From assembly GCA_003131625.1 (NCBI GenBank), contig PKVY01000103.1, positions 25,365 to 89,364 of the forward strand: DNA of 64,000 nt, written 5' to 3'. A program made the translations under genes and the position numbers. Below are positions 54,454 through 64,000 of this stretch, piece by piece (position 1 is the first letter of the stretch; each line of letters begins with the position of its first letter). The notes below the pieces were generated by a model that saw only the letters and a list, made by a program, of their open reading frames with translations, was not told the origin of the DNA and did no database searches. This DNA comes from Acidobacterium sp. (lineage in GTDB: Bacteria > Acidobacteriota > Terriglobia > Terriglobales > Acidobacteriaceae).

Positions 54454-57400
54454 TTATTGCTGTTGCTCGGTTTGGAGGCCGCCGTCGGGGACTAAGACGA
54501 CTTCGCAGGTGGTTCCCGCTGAGCAGCTGACGACGGCGCTGCGGAGCAGGTGGGCTTTGGAGCCGGGGGGCAGGAGCTCGGGGAATTTCATGGCGTCGAC
54601 AATTTTCTTTTCGGCGGTGAGCGGGTGCTCGCCGGTCATTTGCTGCGAGTCGATCACTCCAGCGGTAGTGATTTCGAGGCGGAAGGTGCCCCAGCCTTTC
54701 TCGTCCGCGGCGCGAGGCACTTTATAGGTGCGCAGATCCTGGAGATCGAGGGCTCCGCCCATGGGGAGCTCTTTGACGTCGGCGGACCGGAGGCGGTCGA
54801 CGCTGTCGTGGATATGGCCGCGGACGTCGGGGGCGTCGTTGCGGGTGAGGGCGTCGGCGGCAAAGGCGTAGGCGGTGAGGGCGTCGCGTTTGAGGCCGAG
54901 AGCTTCGTCGATCTGGCCGAGGTGATCGCCGACCTCGGCGTGGAGAGAGGCGCGCCAGGCGGGCTCGATGAACTGTTTGGCGTCTTCGTATTTGTGTTCG
55001 CGGAAGAGGATCCAGCCGTAGGTATCCCATGAGGCGATGAGGAGCTGGGCTTCGGCGAAGGTGCGGCTGTTGGCTTCCGCAGCGGCCATGGTGGCGCTCT
55101 TCTGCTCGAGGCCGGCGATGGCGCGGCGCGAGGCTTCCTCGGCCACGGGGAGATCGAGGCCGGTTTCGCTGAGGGCGTAGGCGGCGTTGTTCAGCAGCTC
55201 GGGGTCGTCGGTGCCGTCGAGGATGGCTTTGGCGACGGCGGCGGCTTCTTCTTTGCGGTCGAGGAGGACGAGGGTGTTGCTGATCTGGACCTGGATGTGG
55301 CGTTCGTCGGGATTCTGGGTAGCGGCGGTTTGCAGGGTTTTGAGCGCGGCGTTGTAGTCGTGGGCGGTGGTCTGGAGCGAGGCGAGATAGAGGGAAAGGC
55401 GCTGGTCGGGGTGCTGGCCAAGAAACTGCTGGAGGGTTTGGCGAGCGCCGATGGAGTCACCGCCATGGGCTTGCTGGGCGGCGAGCGCACCGACGGCGAG
55501 GGAGTTCTCGGGGTGAGCGGCGAGCTCCTTGCGGAGGTCGGCGATGGATTCGGCGTCATTGCGCTCGAGCATGGCAATGGCGCCGTACATGCTCCACAGA
55601 TATTCCTGGTTCGGATCTTTGGCCTTGACCTTATCGAGGATTTCTTTGGCACCGCCCAGGTCTCCGGCGCGCATACGACCCTGGGCGAGTTGCATGAGGT
55701 CGGCGGCGGAGGCGTTGTCGGGGGCGGTGGTTTCGGGCGGGGCTGCGTTGGCGGCCAGGGTCGAGGTATGGACGGTTACGGTTTTGGATCCATCGGCTGC
55801 GGTGGACGGGGCGGGAGACGATGCGGCGGATTTGGCGGGCGCGGAGGTTGAATCCGACTTTGTGCCAGGAGTAGCGGTCTCTTTGGTGGGCGGCGGGATG
55901 AGCGGGATCCACGGCTCATTGCTGAGGGCGATGTCTTTGGTGAAAGCCTGGTACTTCTTCCAGTCGTCCTTAGCGACTTTCTTTTTCAAAACGACGATGG
56001 TGCGGTCGACGATGACCTGTTTGCCATCGAAGCGGTAGGTCTTGTCGAAGGTGGCGAAGTCGGTTTTGACATGGACAGGGTCGGGGACGTCGGCACGGTA
56101 GCCCTCGGGCAGCACGATGGTGGAGGTGGCGGTGAGGGTGCGGGGGGCGCCGAGCTGGATGTCTTCGTCGGGCTGCTTCGCATCGTCATCGAGGAGGGTG
56201 AAGTCGGGGGCGGGAAAGAGGGGGACAATGTTGAGCATCTTCCAGTCGCCGTAGGGATGACGGGAGTAGTCGTAGGAGAGGACGATGGGGTCGTTGAGGT
56301 CGTCGGCGTTTTTGAACTGGGTGTTGCTGGTGGTGCCGCCGAAGCCGGTCATGGTGGAAATGTACTGAGAGGCCTTATCCCACTCGGCGGGGGCGATGCC
56401 CTGGGCGAGCGCGCGGACGATGAGCTCATCGTCGTCGCGGTAGGTGGAGACAATTTTGCCGGTGAGCTTGCCCTCGACGTCGAGGGCGGCGGTGGCCTCG
56501 AAGTGCGCGGTGAAGGGATAAGGCGCGGCGGCGGGCGTGGTTTCAAGGGACGCGGGGGAAGTGGCGGGGATGACGAGAGCTTTTTGGTCGCGAATGACGG
56601 AGGTGAGGAAGCGCCAGGGGGCGACGGTGGGCGTGCTATCGAGCCAGATGCGGCCGCTGGGCAGGTTGACGGTGGTGATGACGTGATTGAAGACGGCGGG
56701 TGAGGGAAGGTCGGCGACGGGAGCGATGCCGGCGCCGATGAGGGCGGGTGCGGTGGAGAAGCCTTTGGCGCGGAGGAGAGCTTCGAGGAGGGTGTCCTTA
56801 TCTTTGCAGTCGCCGTACTGGTTGGCGAGGACTTCGGCGGCGGAGTGGGGCTGATAGCGGCCGATGCCGAAGTCGATGCCGACGTAGCGGGTTTTGGCAG
56901 AGACGAATTCGTAGATGGCGCGGATCTGGTCTTCGGGGGTTTTGGCGTCTTTGGTCAGCTCGTCGGCGCGGGCGCGAAGAGCGTCAGTGGGCTGCGCCTG
57001 ACTGAGGGCGAGCGAGCGGTACCAGTCGCCGACTTCAGCCCAGTTGTGGAAGGTGGTCCAGGCGACGGAGGGAAGCTTGCGGCCGTCGGCGTCTTCGTCG
57101 GGATCTTTGGGGGGCGTGGGCTTGGTGTCTTCGGCGGTGGCTTTGGGAGCGGGCACGAGCTGGGAGACTTTCCAGGTCCAGGTGCGGAGGCCATCGTGAA
57201 CGGCGATGGTGGGGTTGTGGTTGGGGCTCCAGACCTGGACGTATTTGTCGGCGGGAACTTCGAGGGTGAGGACTTCGGCCGAGACGATGTAGGTGCCGGG
57301 CGCGGTGAAATGGTCGGCTCCCCAGAACTGGCCTTGGGCTTCGGGCTTGTCGATGGCGACGAGGAAATCGTACTCGAGGGTGTCGCCGACGGAGAGGGAG

Positions 57401-57834
57401 CGAACGGGGATGTGCTTCTCTTTGAGGTCGCTGTAGAGGGGAGCTTCGCGGGAGACGGCGGCGGGCATGTCGATGGCGTCGGAGGGGGGCGTGTCGACGG
57501 TCGTGCCGTCGGTCTTGTGGACGCGGACGAACTTGACGGTGGGGGTTTCGTTGGCGGAGGCGTAGCTGAGGGAGAGGACACCGAACTGCTGGGCTGCTCC
57601 CTGGGACTGGATGTGGAGGATGGTGTGGATTTCGCGCTCGCCGGTGCCGTCGGCGTGCATGCGGTAGCCGGTTTCATATTTTTCGAAGACGAGGGCTTCG
57701 CCGGGGAAGGAACTGGAGGTTGTGACGGTGGGCGGCGTGGGTGCGGGTTGAGCGGGCGCGGCGGCCTTTTGCGCGGGAGAGAGAAGGGGCAGAAGCAGAA
57801 CTGACAGGGCCGGGAGCAGAGGTGCGCGGGACAT
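54454..57834 (-). CDS. exported DUF3857 + transglutaminase-like + TPR multidomain protein
   Basis: Signal peptide 'LLPALSVLLLPLLSPAQ'. Transglutaminase-core triad contexts 'QYGDCKDKDT', 'FNHVITTV' and 'WLDST'. C-terminal TPR-like helices. Confidence 0.75.
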   Translation of the reverse strand: MSRAPLLPALSVLLLPLLSPAQKAAAPAQPAPTPPTVTTSSSFPGEALVFEKYETGYRMHADGTGEREIHTILHIQSQGAAQQFGVLSLSYASANETPTVKFVRVHKTDGTTVDTPPSDAIDMPAAVSREAPLYSDLKEKHIPVRSLSVGDTLEYDFLVAIDKPEAQGQFWGADHFTAPGTYIVSAEVLTLEVPADKYVQVWSPNHNPTIAVHDGLRTWTWKVSQLVPAPKATAEDTKPTPPKDPDEDADGRKLPSVAWTTFHNWAEVGDWYRSLALSQAQPTDALRARADELTKDAKTPEDQIRAIYEFVSAKTRYVGIDFGIGRYQPHSAAEVLANQYGDCKDKDTLLEALLRAKGFSTAPALIGAGIAPVADLPSPAVFNHVITTVNLPSGRIWLDSTPTVAPWRFLTSVIRDQKALVIPATSPASLETTPAAAPYPFTAHFEATAALDVEGKLTGKIVSTYRDDDELIVRALAQGIAPAEWDKASQYISTMTGFGGTTSNTQFKNADDLNDPIVLSYDYSRHPYGDWKMLNIVPLFPAPDFTLLDDDAKQPDEDIQLGAPRTLTATSTIVLPEGYRADVPDPVHVKTDFATFDKTYRFDGKQVIVDRTIVVLKKKVAKDDWKKYQAFTKDIALSNEPWIPLIPPPTKETATPGTKSDSTSAPAKSAASSPAPSTAADGSKTVTVHTSTLAANAAPPETTAPDNASAADLMQLAQGRMRAGDLGGAKEILDKVKAKDPNQEYLWSMYGAIAMLERNDAESIADLRKELAAHPENSLAVGALAAQQAHGGDSIGARQTLQQFLGQHPDQRLSLYLASLQTTAHDYNAALKTLQTAATQNPDERHIQVQISNTLVLLDRKEEAAAVAKAILDGTDDPELLNNAAYALSETGLDLPVAEEASRRAIAGLEQKSATMAAAEANSRTFAEAQLLIASWDTYGWILFREHKYEDAKQFIEPAWRASLHAEVGDHLGQIDEALGLKRDALTAYAFAADALTRNDAPDVRGHIHDSVDRLRSADVKELPMGGALDLQDLRTYKVPRAADEKGWGTFRLEITTAGVIDSQQMTGEHPLTAEKKIVDAMKFPELLPPGSKAHLLRSAVVSCSAGTTCEVVLVPDGGLQTEQQQ

Positions 57835-57888
57835 TTGCGGATTAGCTTAATACGGGCGGCAGGTTATTCCATGGCGTATTTGGGTTAG

Positions 57889-57909
57889 CCGGTAGCGGGT
57901 AGCTGGTTG
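57889..57909. repeat. degenerate tandem heptamers CCGGTAG CGGGTAG CTGGTTG
   Basis: Read directly. The same heptamer family occurs at 61018-61045. Confidence 0.6.
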
Positions 57910-58148
57910 GCGAGTTAGGGCGGCTTGCTTCATCTTTCTTACTCGTGGCGGAGCGGGCACGGGTGGGGGTGCCGTTTTGGGACTGGGACGGTACTTAAGA
58001 GTGGAAGTCGGGCATCCAGTTGTACCGGGAGCGCACGGCAGGAGCTTGAGCTTCTTGCTGTGGGGTGAACCTGGCCGGGGTCCAGCGTTTTTTTTGCGAA
58101 CTGTGGAGTCGGACCCTGAGACCAGGCGGAGGCTGAGAGCGACGGTTC

Positions 58149-60590
58149 TTACTCGTGGCGGAGGGCGACCATGGGGAGGACGCGGGTGGCGCGCCATGCG
58201 GGGACATAGCTGGCGAGGAGGGCGACGATGCCGAGCAGAATGACGACGGTAGTGAGGGTGAGCCAGTCCGCGACGCCGACGCCGTAGAGCAGGCTGCGCA
58301 GGAAGCGGGTGAGGAGGAGAGAGGCGGCGAGTCCGACGAGGACGCCGGCGGTGGTGAGGCGCAGGCCCTGGGCGAGAACCTGGCGGAAGATGATGGATTT
58401 CTCCGCACCGAGGGCGATGCGGATACCGATTTCGTGGGTGCGCTGTTTAGTGGTGTAGGCGACGACTCCATAGAGGCCGACGGTGGCGAGGAGGAGCGCG
58501 AGGAGGCCGAAGGAGCCGGCGAAGTCGACAACGATGCGCTCGAAGACGTTGCCCATCTTCATGTTGTCTTTGAGGGTGGCGATGTTGTAGAGGGGCAGGT
58601 CGGGGTTGAGGTCGGCGGCGGTTTGCTGGACGGCGGAGGTATACGCGAGCGGATCGCCGGCGACACGGAGGTGGATGGTGACTTCGCCGCGGTAGCTCTG
58701 CCAGAGGGGCAGGAGGATGGTGGGGGTTGGATCGTAAACCAGGCGACGGTATTTGGCGTTAGCGGTGACGCCGACGACGGTGCGCGCTGCTTCCCAGAGC
58801 TGCACTTGTTTGCCGATGGCGTTTTGTCCGGGCCAGTAGCGATCAGCGAAGGCCTGGTTGACGATGATGACGGGCTGGGCGCCGGCGCGGTCCGCGTCGG
58901 AGAAGTCGCGGCCGCGGAGGATTGGCGTGCGCAGGGTGGCGAGGTAGTCGGGTCCGACGTTGGCGCGGTCGGCTTCGACGGTTTCATGCGGCTGCGGGAC
59001 GTAGCCTTCGGGCTGGATGCCGTTGGAGTGGATGGTGAAGCTGAGGGGGGAGAAGTCGGCGAGGGTGGCGGACTGGACACCGGGGAGGGTCTGGAGGCGG
59101 GTTAGAAGCTGGCGCTGGAATGCGATTCCGGTGGTTTCGGAATAGCCCTGGGGCGAGAGGTCGAAGGTAGCGAGCAGGACGTGGTTGGGATCGAAGCCAG
59201 GGCCGCCTTGCTGGGCTTGTTCGAGACTGCGGACGAAGAGGCCGGCGGAGGTGAGCAGCACGGTGGAGAGGGCGATCTGCGCGACGACGAGAGCGGCGGC
59301 GATGCGCGAGCGGCCGAGGCCGGAGGTGGTGGTGAGGGCTTCGTCTTTGAGGACTGTGATAGGGGAGAGGCGCGAGGAGCGCAGAGCGGGGATGACTCCG
59401 GCGAGGAGCGCGGTGAAGAGGGAGAGAAGGATGGTGACCGTGAGGACGGCGCCGTCGACGCTTCCATTGAGAGTGAGGGGGAGGGTGGTGGGAGGGAGAA
59501 AGGCGGACATGGTGCGGGCGGTCCAGAGGGTGAGGAGGAGGGCGGCGGCTCCGGCGGCGAAGGCGAGGAGGAGGCTTTCGATCATGAGCTGGCGCACGAG
59601 GCGAACGCGGCCGCAGCCCATGGAGAGGCGAATGGCGAATTCGCGGCGGCGAGAGATGGCGCGGACGAGGAGGAGGTTGGCCACGTTGGCGCAGGCGAGG
59701 ACGAGAAGCAGCGCGGCGAGAGCGAGGAGGATGGGAAGGGTTCCGGAGAGATAGACGTTGGCGCCGAAGGGGGAACGCCAGAGGGGATCGGTGGAGAGGG
59801 TGTTGTTGCCCTGGTGCGAGGTGGGGTATTGGGCGACGATGCGCTGCATGAGGAGGTTGAGCTCGTTGTCGACCTGGCGCTGATCGACGCCGGGGCGGAG
59901 AGTGGCGAGGGTATTGAGCCAGGAGGCGGAGCGGTCGTCGACGGTGGGCCAGCCCCAGACCTGGCGCGCATTGCCGAGGGGGATGAAGACGTCGGCGCGG
60001 AGTCCGGTTTTGCATCCATGAAAGCCTTTGGCGGTGACGCCGACGATGGTGTAGGGATGGAGGTTGATCTGGACGGTGCGGCCGATGATGGAGGGGTCGG
60101 CTCCGAAATGATTGCGCCAGAGGTCGTAATTGAGGACGACTTCGTTCTGGCCGGTGGATTCGGCGGCGGGCGAAGAGAGCAGGAGGCGGCCGACAGCAGG
60201 GCGAACACCGAGGACGCTGAAGTAGTTGGCGGAGACGAGCGCGCCGTAGATGCGTTCGGGCTTGCCGATGCCGGTGATGGCCATGTAGTCGTCGTGATAC
60301 CCGAGGAGTCCGGAGAGGGTTTTGGTGTTGTCGCGGAGGTCGGCGTAGTCGGGATAGGAGAAGGGCGGAGAAGGATGCTCGTTGCGCTCGCCGCGCGTGA
60401 TGGTGAGCATGCGGGCGGTTTGGGTTGCGCCGGGGATGGGATTGAGAAGGGTGGCGCGAATCCAGCTGAAGATGGTGCTGTTGGCCCCGATGGCGAGGGC
60501 GAGGGTGAGGACGGCGAGGAGGGTGAATCCGATGTGGTGGAGGAGCTGACGGAGGGCGTAACGGGTTTCCTGGAGCAGGTTCTGGAGCAT
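58149..60590 (-). CDS. ADOP-type duplicated orphan ABC permease (MacB-like periplasmic domain + FtsX, twice)
   Basis: 'LLQETRYALRQLLHHIGFTLLAVLTLALAIGANSTIFS' is the typical ADOP N-terminus, and there are two FtsX-like 4-TM modules. Start placed at ATG 60590. The ORF extension to 61097 is Pro/Arg-rich non-coding-like sequence. Confidence 0.8.
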   Translation of the reverse strand: MLQNLLQETRYALRQLLHHIGFTLLAVLTLALAIGANSTIFSWIRATLLNPIPGATQTARMLTITRGERNEHPSPPFSYPDYADLRDNTKTLSGLLGYHDDYMAITGIGKPERIYGALVSANYFSVLGVRPAVGRLLLSSPAAESTGQNEVVLNYDLWRNHFGADPSIIGRTVQINLHPYTIVGVTAKGFHGCKTGLRADVFIPLGNARQVWGWPTVDDRSASWLNTLATLRPGVDQRQVDNELNLLMQRIVAQYPTSHQGNNTLSTDPLWRSPFGANVYLSGTLPILLALAALLLVLACANVANLLLVRAISRRREFAIRLSMGCGRVRLVRQLMIESLLLAFAAGAAALLLTLWTARTMSAFLPPTTLPLTLNGSVDGAVLTVTILLSLFTALLAGVIPALRSSRLSPITVLKDEALTTTSGLGRSRIAAALVVAQIALSTVLLTSAGLFVRSLEQAQQGGPGFDPNHVLLATFDLSPQGYSETTGIAFQRQLLTRLQTLPGVQSATLADFSPLSFTIHSNGIQPEGYVPQPHETVEADRANVGPDYLATLRTPILRGRDFSDADRAGAQPVIIVNQAFADRYWPGQNAIGKQVQLWEAARTVVGVTANAKYRRLVYDPTPTILLPLWQSYRGEVTIHLRVAGDPLAYTSAVQQTAADLNPDLPLYNIATLKDNMKMGNVFERIVVDFAGSFGLLALLLATVGLYGVVAYTTKQRTHEIGIRIALGAEKSIIFRQVLAQGLRLTTAGVLVGLAASLLLTRFLRSLLYGVGVADWLTLTTVVILLGIVALLASYVPAWRATRVLPMVALRHE

Positions 60591-60743
60591 GAGGCTTTCA
60601 CTTTCCAGCGGTTTGGAATCTATGGTAGAGCGAGGCATGGGGTGGGTAATGTGTTGGCGGTCACGGGCGTTTGGCCGGGATTTGGGGCGGGTTTCGGGGT
60701 GGTGTGAGGGGGGCGTGTAAGCTTCCACCGGAGGGCGGAAACG

Positions 60744-61031
60744 ATGGTCACGGTTGAGCTGTCGAAGCAGGCGAGGGCGGACGCGATTGCGTCGGTGAAG
60801 AAGTATTTCGAAGAGGAGATTCGGGAGCCGATTGGAGATTTGCGGGCGGGGCTGCTGCTGGATTTCTTTCTGGAGGAGATTGGGCCAGCGATCTACAACA
60901 AGGCGATCGGGGATGCGCAGGCGCGGCTGCAGCAGAGGGTGGGGGATCTGGATGGGGAGCTGTACGCGGATGAGTTTCAGTACTGGGTGCGGCTGGCGGC
61001 GAAGCAGAAGAAGACAGCCGGTAGCCGGTAG
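60744..61031 (+). CDS. DUF2164-like protein
   Basis: 'IGDLRAGLLLDFFLEEIGPAIYNKAIGDAQA' matches my memory of the DUF2164 family. Confidence 0.6.
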   Translation: MVTVELSKQARADAIASVKKYFEEEIREPIGDLRAGLLLDFFLEEIGPAIYNKAIGDAQARLQQRVGDLDGELYADEFQYWVRLAAKQKKTAGSR

Positions 61032-61045
61032 CCTGTAGCCGGTAG
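61018..61045. repeat. four tandem heptamers CCGGTAG CCGGTAG CCTGTAG CCGGTAG
   Basis: Read directly. The second copy supplies the DUF2164 stop codon. The 7-nt period puts TAG in all three frames. Confidence 0.8.
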
Positions 61046-61070
61046 CGCCTACAATGGTGGGCGCGATTCC

Positions 61071-61100
61071 GGGCACCGGGCTCAGGGCACCGGGCACCGG
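61071..61100. repeat. short direct repeats GGGCACCGG-gctca-GGGCACCGG-GCACCGG
   Basis: Read directly. Located just upstream of the GH127 RBS. Confidence 0.7.
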
Positions 61101-61119
61101 AGACGCCAGGAGGTTTGCT

Positions 61120-63147
61120 ATGTCGCGTCGCTCATTCTCGAGACGGAATTTTCTTTCACTCGCTGCGGGGACCGCGGCGGCGCGGCCTTTGATGGCGGCG
61201 ACGGGCGGATGGGGATTCGATCAGTCAGCCGCCGCGACGCCGGGGTGGCGTGATCAGGGAGTGCTGAATCTGGCGCATTCGCCGTATGCGAAGCTGCGGA
61301 ATGTTCCGGTGCGGGCGGTGACGATCGAGGACGGATTTTGGGCGAAGCGGCGGACGACGAACGTCGAGTCGAGCATCCCGTCGATGCATGAGGAGTTGCT
61401 GGAGCACGGGCGCATGGATAATTTTCTGCGACTGACGGGGGGATCGAGCGCTCCGCAGAAGGGGCCCGTGTATTCCGACTCCGACATTTACAAGTGGCTG
61501 GAAGCGGTGGCGTTTGCGCTGCAGTCCGAGGACAATCGGGCGCTGCGGCAGACGGCGGAGACGACGATTCGCGAAGTCGTAGCGATCCAGGAGCCGAACG
61601 GCTACATCGACACGTATTACCAGGACGACCGGAAGAAAGACCGGATGACGATCGAGACGCAGAAGCGCGGGCACGAGCTGTACTGCCTGGGGCATATGCT
61701 GCAGGCCTCGATTGCGTATTATCGCGCGACGGGCGACCGGACGCTGATGGACGCGGGGATGCGGTATGTGGATGGGACCATCCTGCCGAATTTCGGGCCG
61801 GATGCGCACAAGAAACCGATTGTGTCGGGGCATCCGGAGATCGAGATGGCGCTGATCGAGCTGTACCGGACGACGGGCGAGCGGAAGTATGTCGAACTGG
61901 CGGGGTACATTTTGCAGGGCGATCCGCGGGCGGATCTGAAGCCGCGGGAGATCGTGTACATGAACTGCGGGGTTCCGTTTACGACGAAGACGAAGCTGCA
62001 GGGGCACGCGGTGCGGGCGATGTACGCGTGCTGCGGGGCGACGGACTATTACCTGGAGACGGGCGATCCGGCGTACTGGAAGACGCTGGAAGTGCTGTGG
62101 AAGGATTTGTCGCAGGCGCAGATGTACGTGACTGGCGGCGTGGGGGCGCGCAGCGAGGGCGAGGCGTTTGGCAACGACTTTGAGCTGCCGAATGCGCAGG
62201 CGTATGGAGAGAGCTGCGCGGCGATCGGCAACATGATGTGGAACTGGCGCATGCTGGCGGCGACGGGCGAGGCGCGGTTCGCCGATGTGATGGAGCGGGC
62301 GCTCTACAACGGGATCAACTCGGGGATGTCGCTGGACGGGAAGACGTATTGCTATCGGAATCCGCTGGCGTTCGATCCGGCGAGCGGGGAGAAGATACGG
62401 AATCCGTGGTATGACACGACGTGCTGCCCGCCGAATCTGGAGCGGACGTTCGCGAGTTTGCCGGGGTATTTTTATTCGACCGCGAAGGACGGGCTGTACG
62501 TGCACCTGTACCACAACTCGGAGATGAAGTGGGCGCTCGAAAGCGGGAACGGGATCGTGGTGACGCAGAAGACGAACTATCCGTGGGAAGGGGCGGTGCG
62601 GCTGAGTGTGGCGGTGGAGCAGCCGGAGGAGTTCACGGTGAATGTGCGGGTGCCGGGGTGGTCGCGGGAGTCGCAGGTGAAGGTGGCTGGGGCTGCGGTC
62701 GATGGGGTGCGGGCGGGCGAGTATCTGCCGATTCGGCGGCGGTGGAGCGGAGAGACGATGGTGGAGCTGGCGTTCGACATGACGCCGCGGAGGGTGACGG
62801 CGAATCCGGCGGTGGCGGAGGACACGGGGCGTGTGGCGATGGAGCGCGGTCCGATTGTGTATTGCATGGAGGGTCTTGACCAGGCGCAGGGTGATGGGAA
62901 GACCTTCCCGCTGTATTTGGCGAAACGCAGCGGGGCGATTCATGAGGAGTTCAAGCCGGATTTGCTGGATGGGGTGATGGTGCTGACGCATGAGGGCGCG
63001 AAGGGGATGGAGCCGACGGACGCGCTGTATGTTTTGGGGGCAGGCGTGGTGCGGACGGAGCCGGCGGAGCTGAAGATGATTCCTTACTACGCGTGGGATA
63101 ACCGGGACGAGAGCTCGATGCAGGTTTGGGTGCCGGAGGTGGGGTGA
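61120..63147 (+). CDS. glycoside hydrolase family 127 (beta-L-arabinofuranosidase-like, DUF1680) with Tat-type signal
   Basis: AGGAGG RBS. 'SRRSFSRRNFLSLAAGTAAA' is a twin-arginine leader. Also 'HELYCLGHMLQA', 'YGESCAAIGNMMW' and 'TTCCPPNLERT'. Confidence 0.8.
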   Translation: MSRRSFSRRNFLSLAAGTAAARPLMAATGGWGFDQSAAATPGWRDQGVLNLAHSPYAKLRNVPVRAVTIEDGFWAKRRTTNVESSIPSMHEELLEHGRMDNFLRLTGGSSAPQKGPVYSDSDIYKWLEAVAFALQSEDNRALRQTAETTIREVVAIQEPNGYIDTYYQDDRKKDRMTIETQKRGHELYCLGHMLQASIAYYRATGDRTLMDAGMRYVDGTILPNFGPDAHKKPIVSGHPEIEMALIELYRTTGERKYVELAGYILQGDPRADLKPREIVYMNCGVPFTTKTKLQGHAVRAMYACCGATDYYLETGDPAYWKTLEVLWKDLSQAQMYVTGGVGARSEGEAFGNDFELPNAQAYGESCAAIGNMMWNWRMLAATGEARFADVMERALYNGINSGMSLDGKTYCYRNPLAFDPASGEKIRNPWYDTTCCPPNLERTFASLPGYFYSTAKDGLYVHLYHNSEMKWALESGNGIVVTQKTNYPWEGAVRLSVAVEQPEEFTVNVRVPGWSRESQVKVAGAAVDGVRAGEYLPIRRRWSGETMVELAFDMTPRRVTANPAVAEDTGRVAMERGPIVYCMEGLDQAQGDGKTFPLYLAKRSGAIHEEFKPDLLDGVMVLTHEGAKGMEPTDALYVLGAGVVRTEPAELKMIPYYAWDNRDESSMQVWVPEVG

Positions 63148-63159
63148 GGGTGGGCGGAT

Positions 63160-64000
63160 CAGTGTGCGTACTTCGCTCTGATGCGGACGGTGCGGTCGAG
63201 TTCGTCCATGGCTTCGAGGATTTTGAGGCGGAGGTCGGGGTCGGGGTTCGCGGTGGCGAGGTAGTGCTGGACGGTTTCGAGTGAGGCGGGGGATTGCTGG
63301 CCGTCGATGAAGGCGTCGAGCCAGGCGACGAGGAAGAAGATTTTGCGCTCGCGTTTGACCTCGGGGAGAGCTTCGAGGGCGGGGTCGAGATATTGTGCCG
63401 TTAACTGTGACTGATTCCAGAAATTGAAGGCGCCGAGGGAGGACTGGATCCAGTCTTCACTGATTTTGGGGGCCTGGCTCGATTCCGGGGCCGCGGGGTC
63501 GCGCGTGTAGTCGGCGAAGTAGTGCTGCTTGGTGGCGGCGTCGGGGCGGGCGGCCTGGGCTACCCAGGCGTACTTGAGGCCGTCTCCGGAGGGGTCGCGC
63601 TTTTGCTCGGCGGCGAAAAGGGCGTCGGCTTCGGCGTCGGCGTAGGCGATGAGGGCGGTGACGAGGGACCAGCGATCCTGCTGGCGGAGGTTGACGCCGG
63701 GGATGGTGCGCTTTTCCTGGAGGAGGTCTTTGAGGACCGCCTGGCCGGCGGGTTGGGCGGCGAATCCGGCGAGCGAGCGGAACCAGACGATGCGGAGATC
63801 GTGGTCGGGATTGCTGCCGATTTGTTCGGCGGCGAGGGTTGCGGCGCGGGCGAGGAGTTCGGGCTGGGTTTGCGCGCTTACGTAATGATGGACTGCGGTT
63901 TGGGTGCGAGCGAGGAGACTCGCCGCCAGTGATTCGTCGCGTTCGCCGGGCAGCGCGGTGAGGGCGAGGCGGACGTAGTCGGCGGGGTCGAGCTCGACCT
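63160..64000 (-). CDS. M1-family aminopeptidase N-like protein, C-terminal part (5' end outside window)
   Basis: Not in the ORF track because its start lies beyond the window. My manual translation of the minus strand is open from 64000 to TGA at 63160-63162. It reads '...DRWSLVTALIAYADAEADALFAAEQKRDPSGDGLKYAWVAQAARPDAATKQHYF...', which resembles PepN C-terminal domains. Confidence 0.55.

Noticed and set aside
61018-61045. CRISPR-like or minisatellite array
   Set aside because: The units are only 7 nt long and directly abutting, with no spacers and only four copies. There are no cas genes in the window.
60591-61097. N-terminal extension of the permease ORF to 61097 (982 aa)
   Set aside because: The extension is Pro/Arg/Leu-rich, overlaps the DUF2164 gene on the opposite strand, and precedes the canonical ADOP N-terminus 'MLQNLLQETRYALRQL' at 60590.

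Overview
Visibly GC-rich bacterial chromosomal segment. The gene content (ADOP-type duplicated orphan permease, DUF3857/transglutaminase giant protein, several TPR-CHAT proteins, GH127, DUF885) fits Acidobacteriota, but this is inferred from gene content only. I call about 55 protein genes, one tRNA-Arg(CCU), one gene remnant, a few hairpins and short repeats. There is no CRISPR array, rRNA, transposase or integrase. The housekeeping and metabolic blocks are: glyS 3' end; an oxidoreductase operon; hydroxyproline epimerase; a CoA-transferase / 2-oxoacid:ferredoxin oxidoreductase / ilvE / glutamate dehydrogenase cluster; xylB; lutABC; H+-pyrophosphatase; ribH-nusB; GH127; and a pepN-like 3' end. 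Two accessory regions stand out. (1) 5.3-18.8 kb holds three caspase-fold proteases: an exported C14 caspase plus an exported TPR-CHAT operon, then a co-directional cassette of ECF sigma, zf-HC2 anti-sigma, an unknown 283-aa protein, a TPR-CHAT protein and a protein with three WWWW clusters. This cassette is my best candidate for an undescribed protease-based signalling or effector system. (2) 46.7-54.1 kb holds three paralogous orphan response regulators whose output is a CxxC...CxxC zinc-ribbon-like domain. Two of them are convergently paired with paralogous Crp/Fnr regulators. All three are preceded, 64-70 nt from the start codon, by a related 18-bp dyad motif. All functional calls come from motif and family recognition by eye; no searches were run. 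Start codons were refined by RBS position and overlap logic and may be off.
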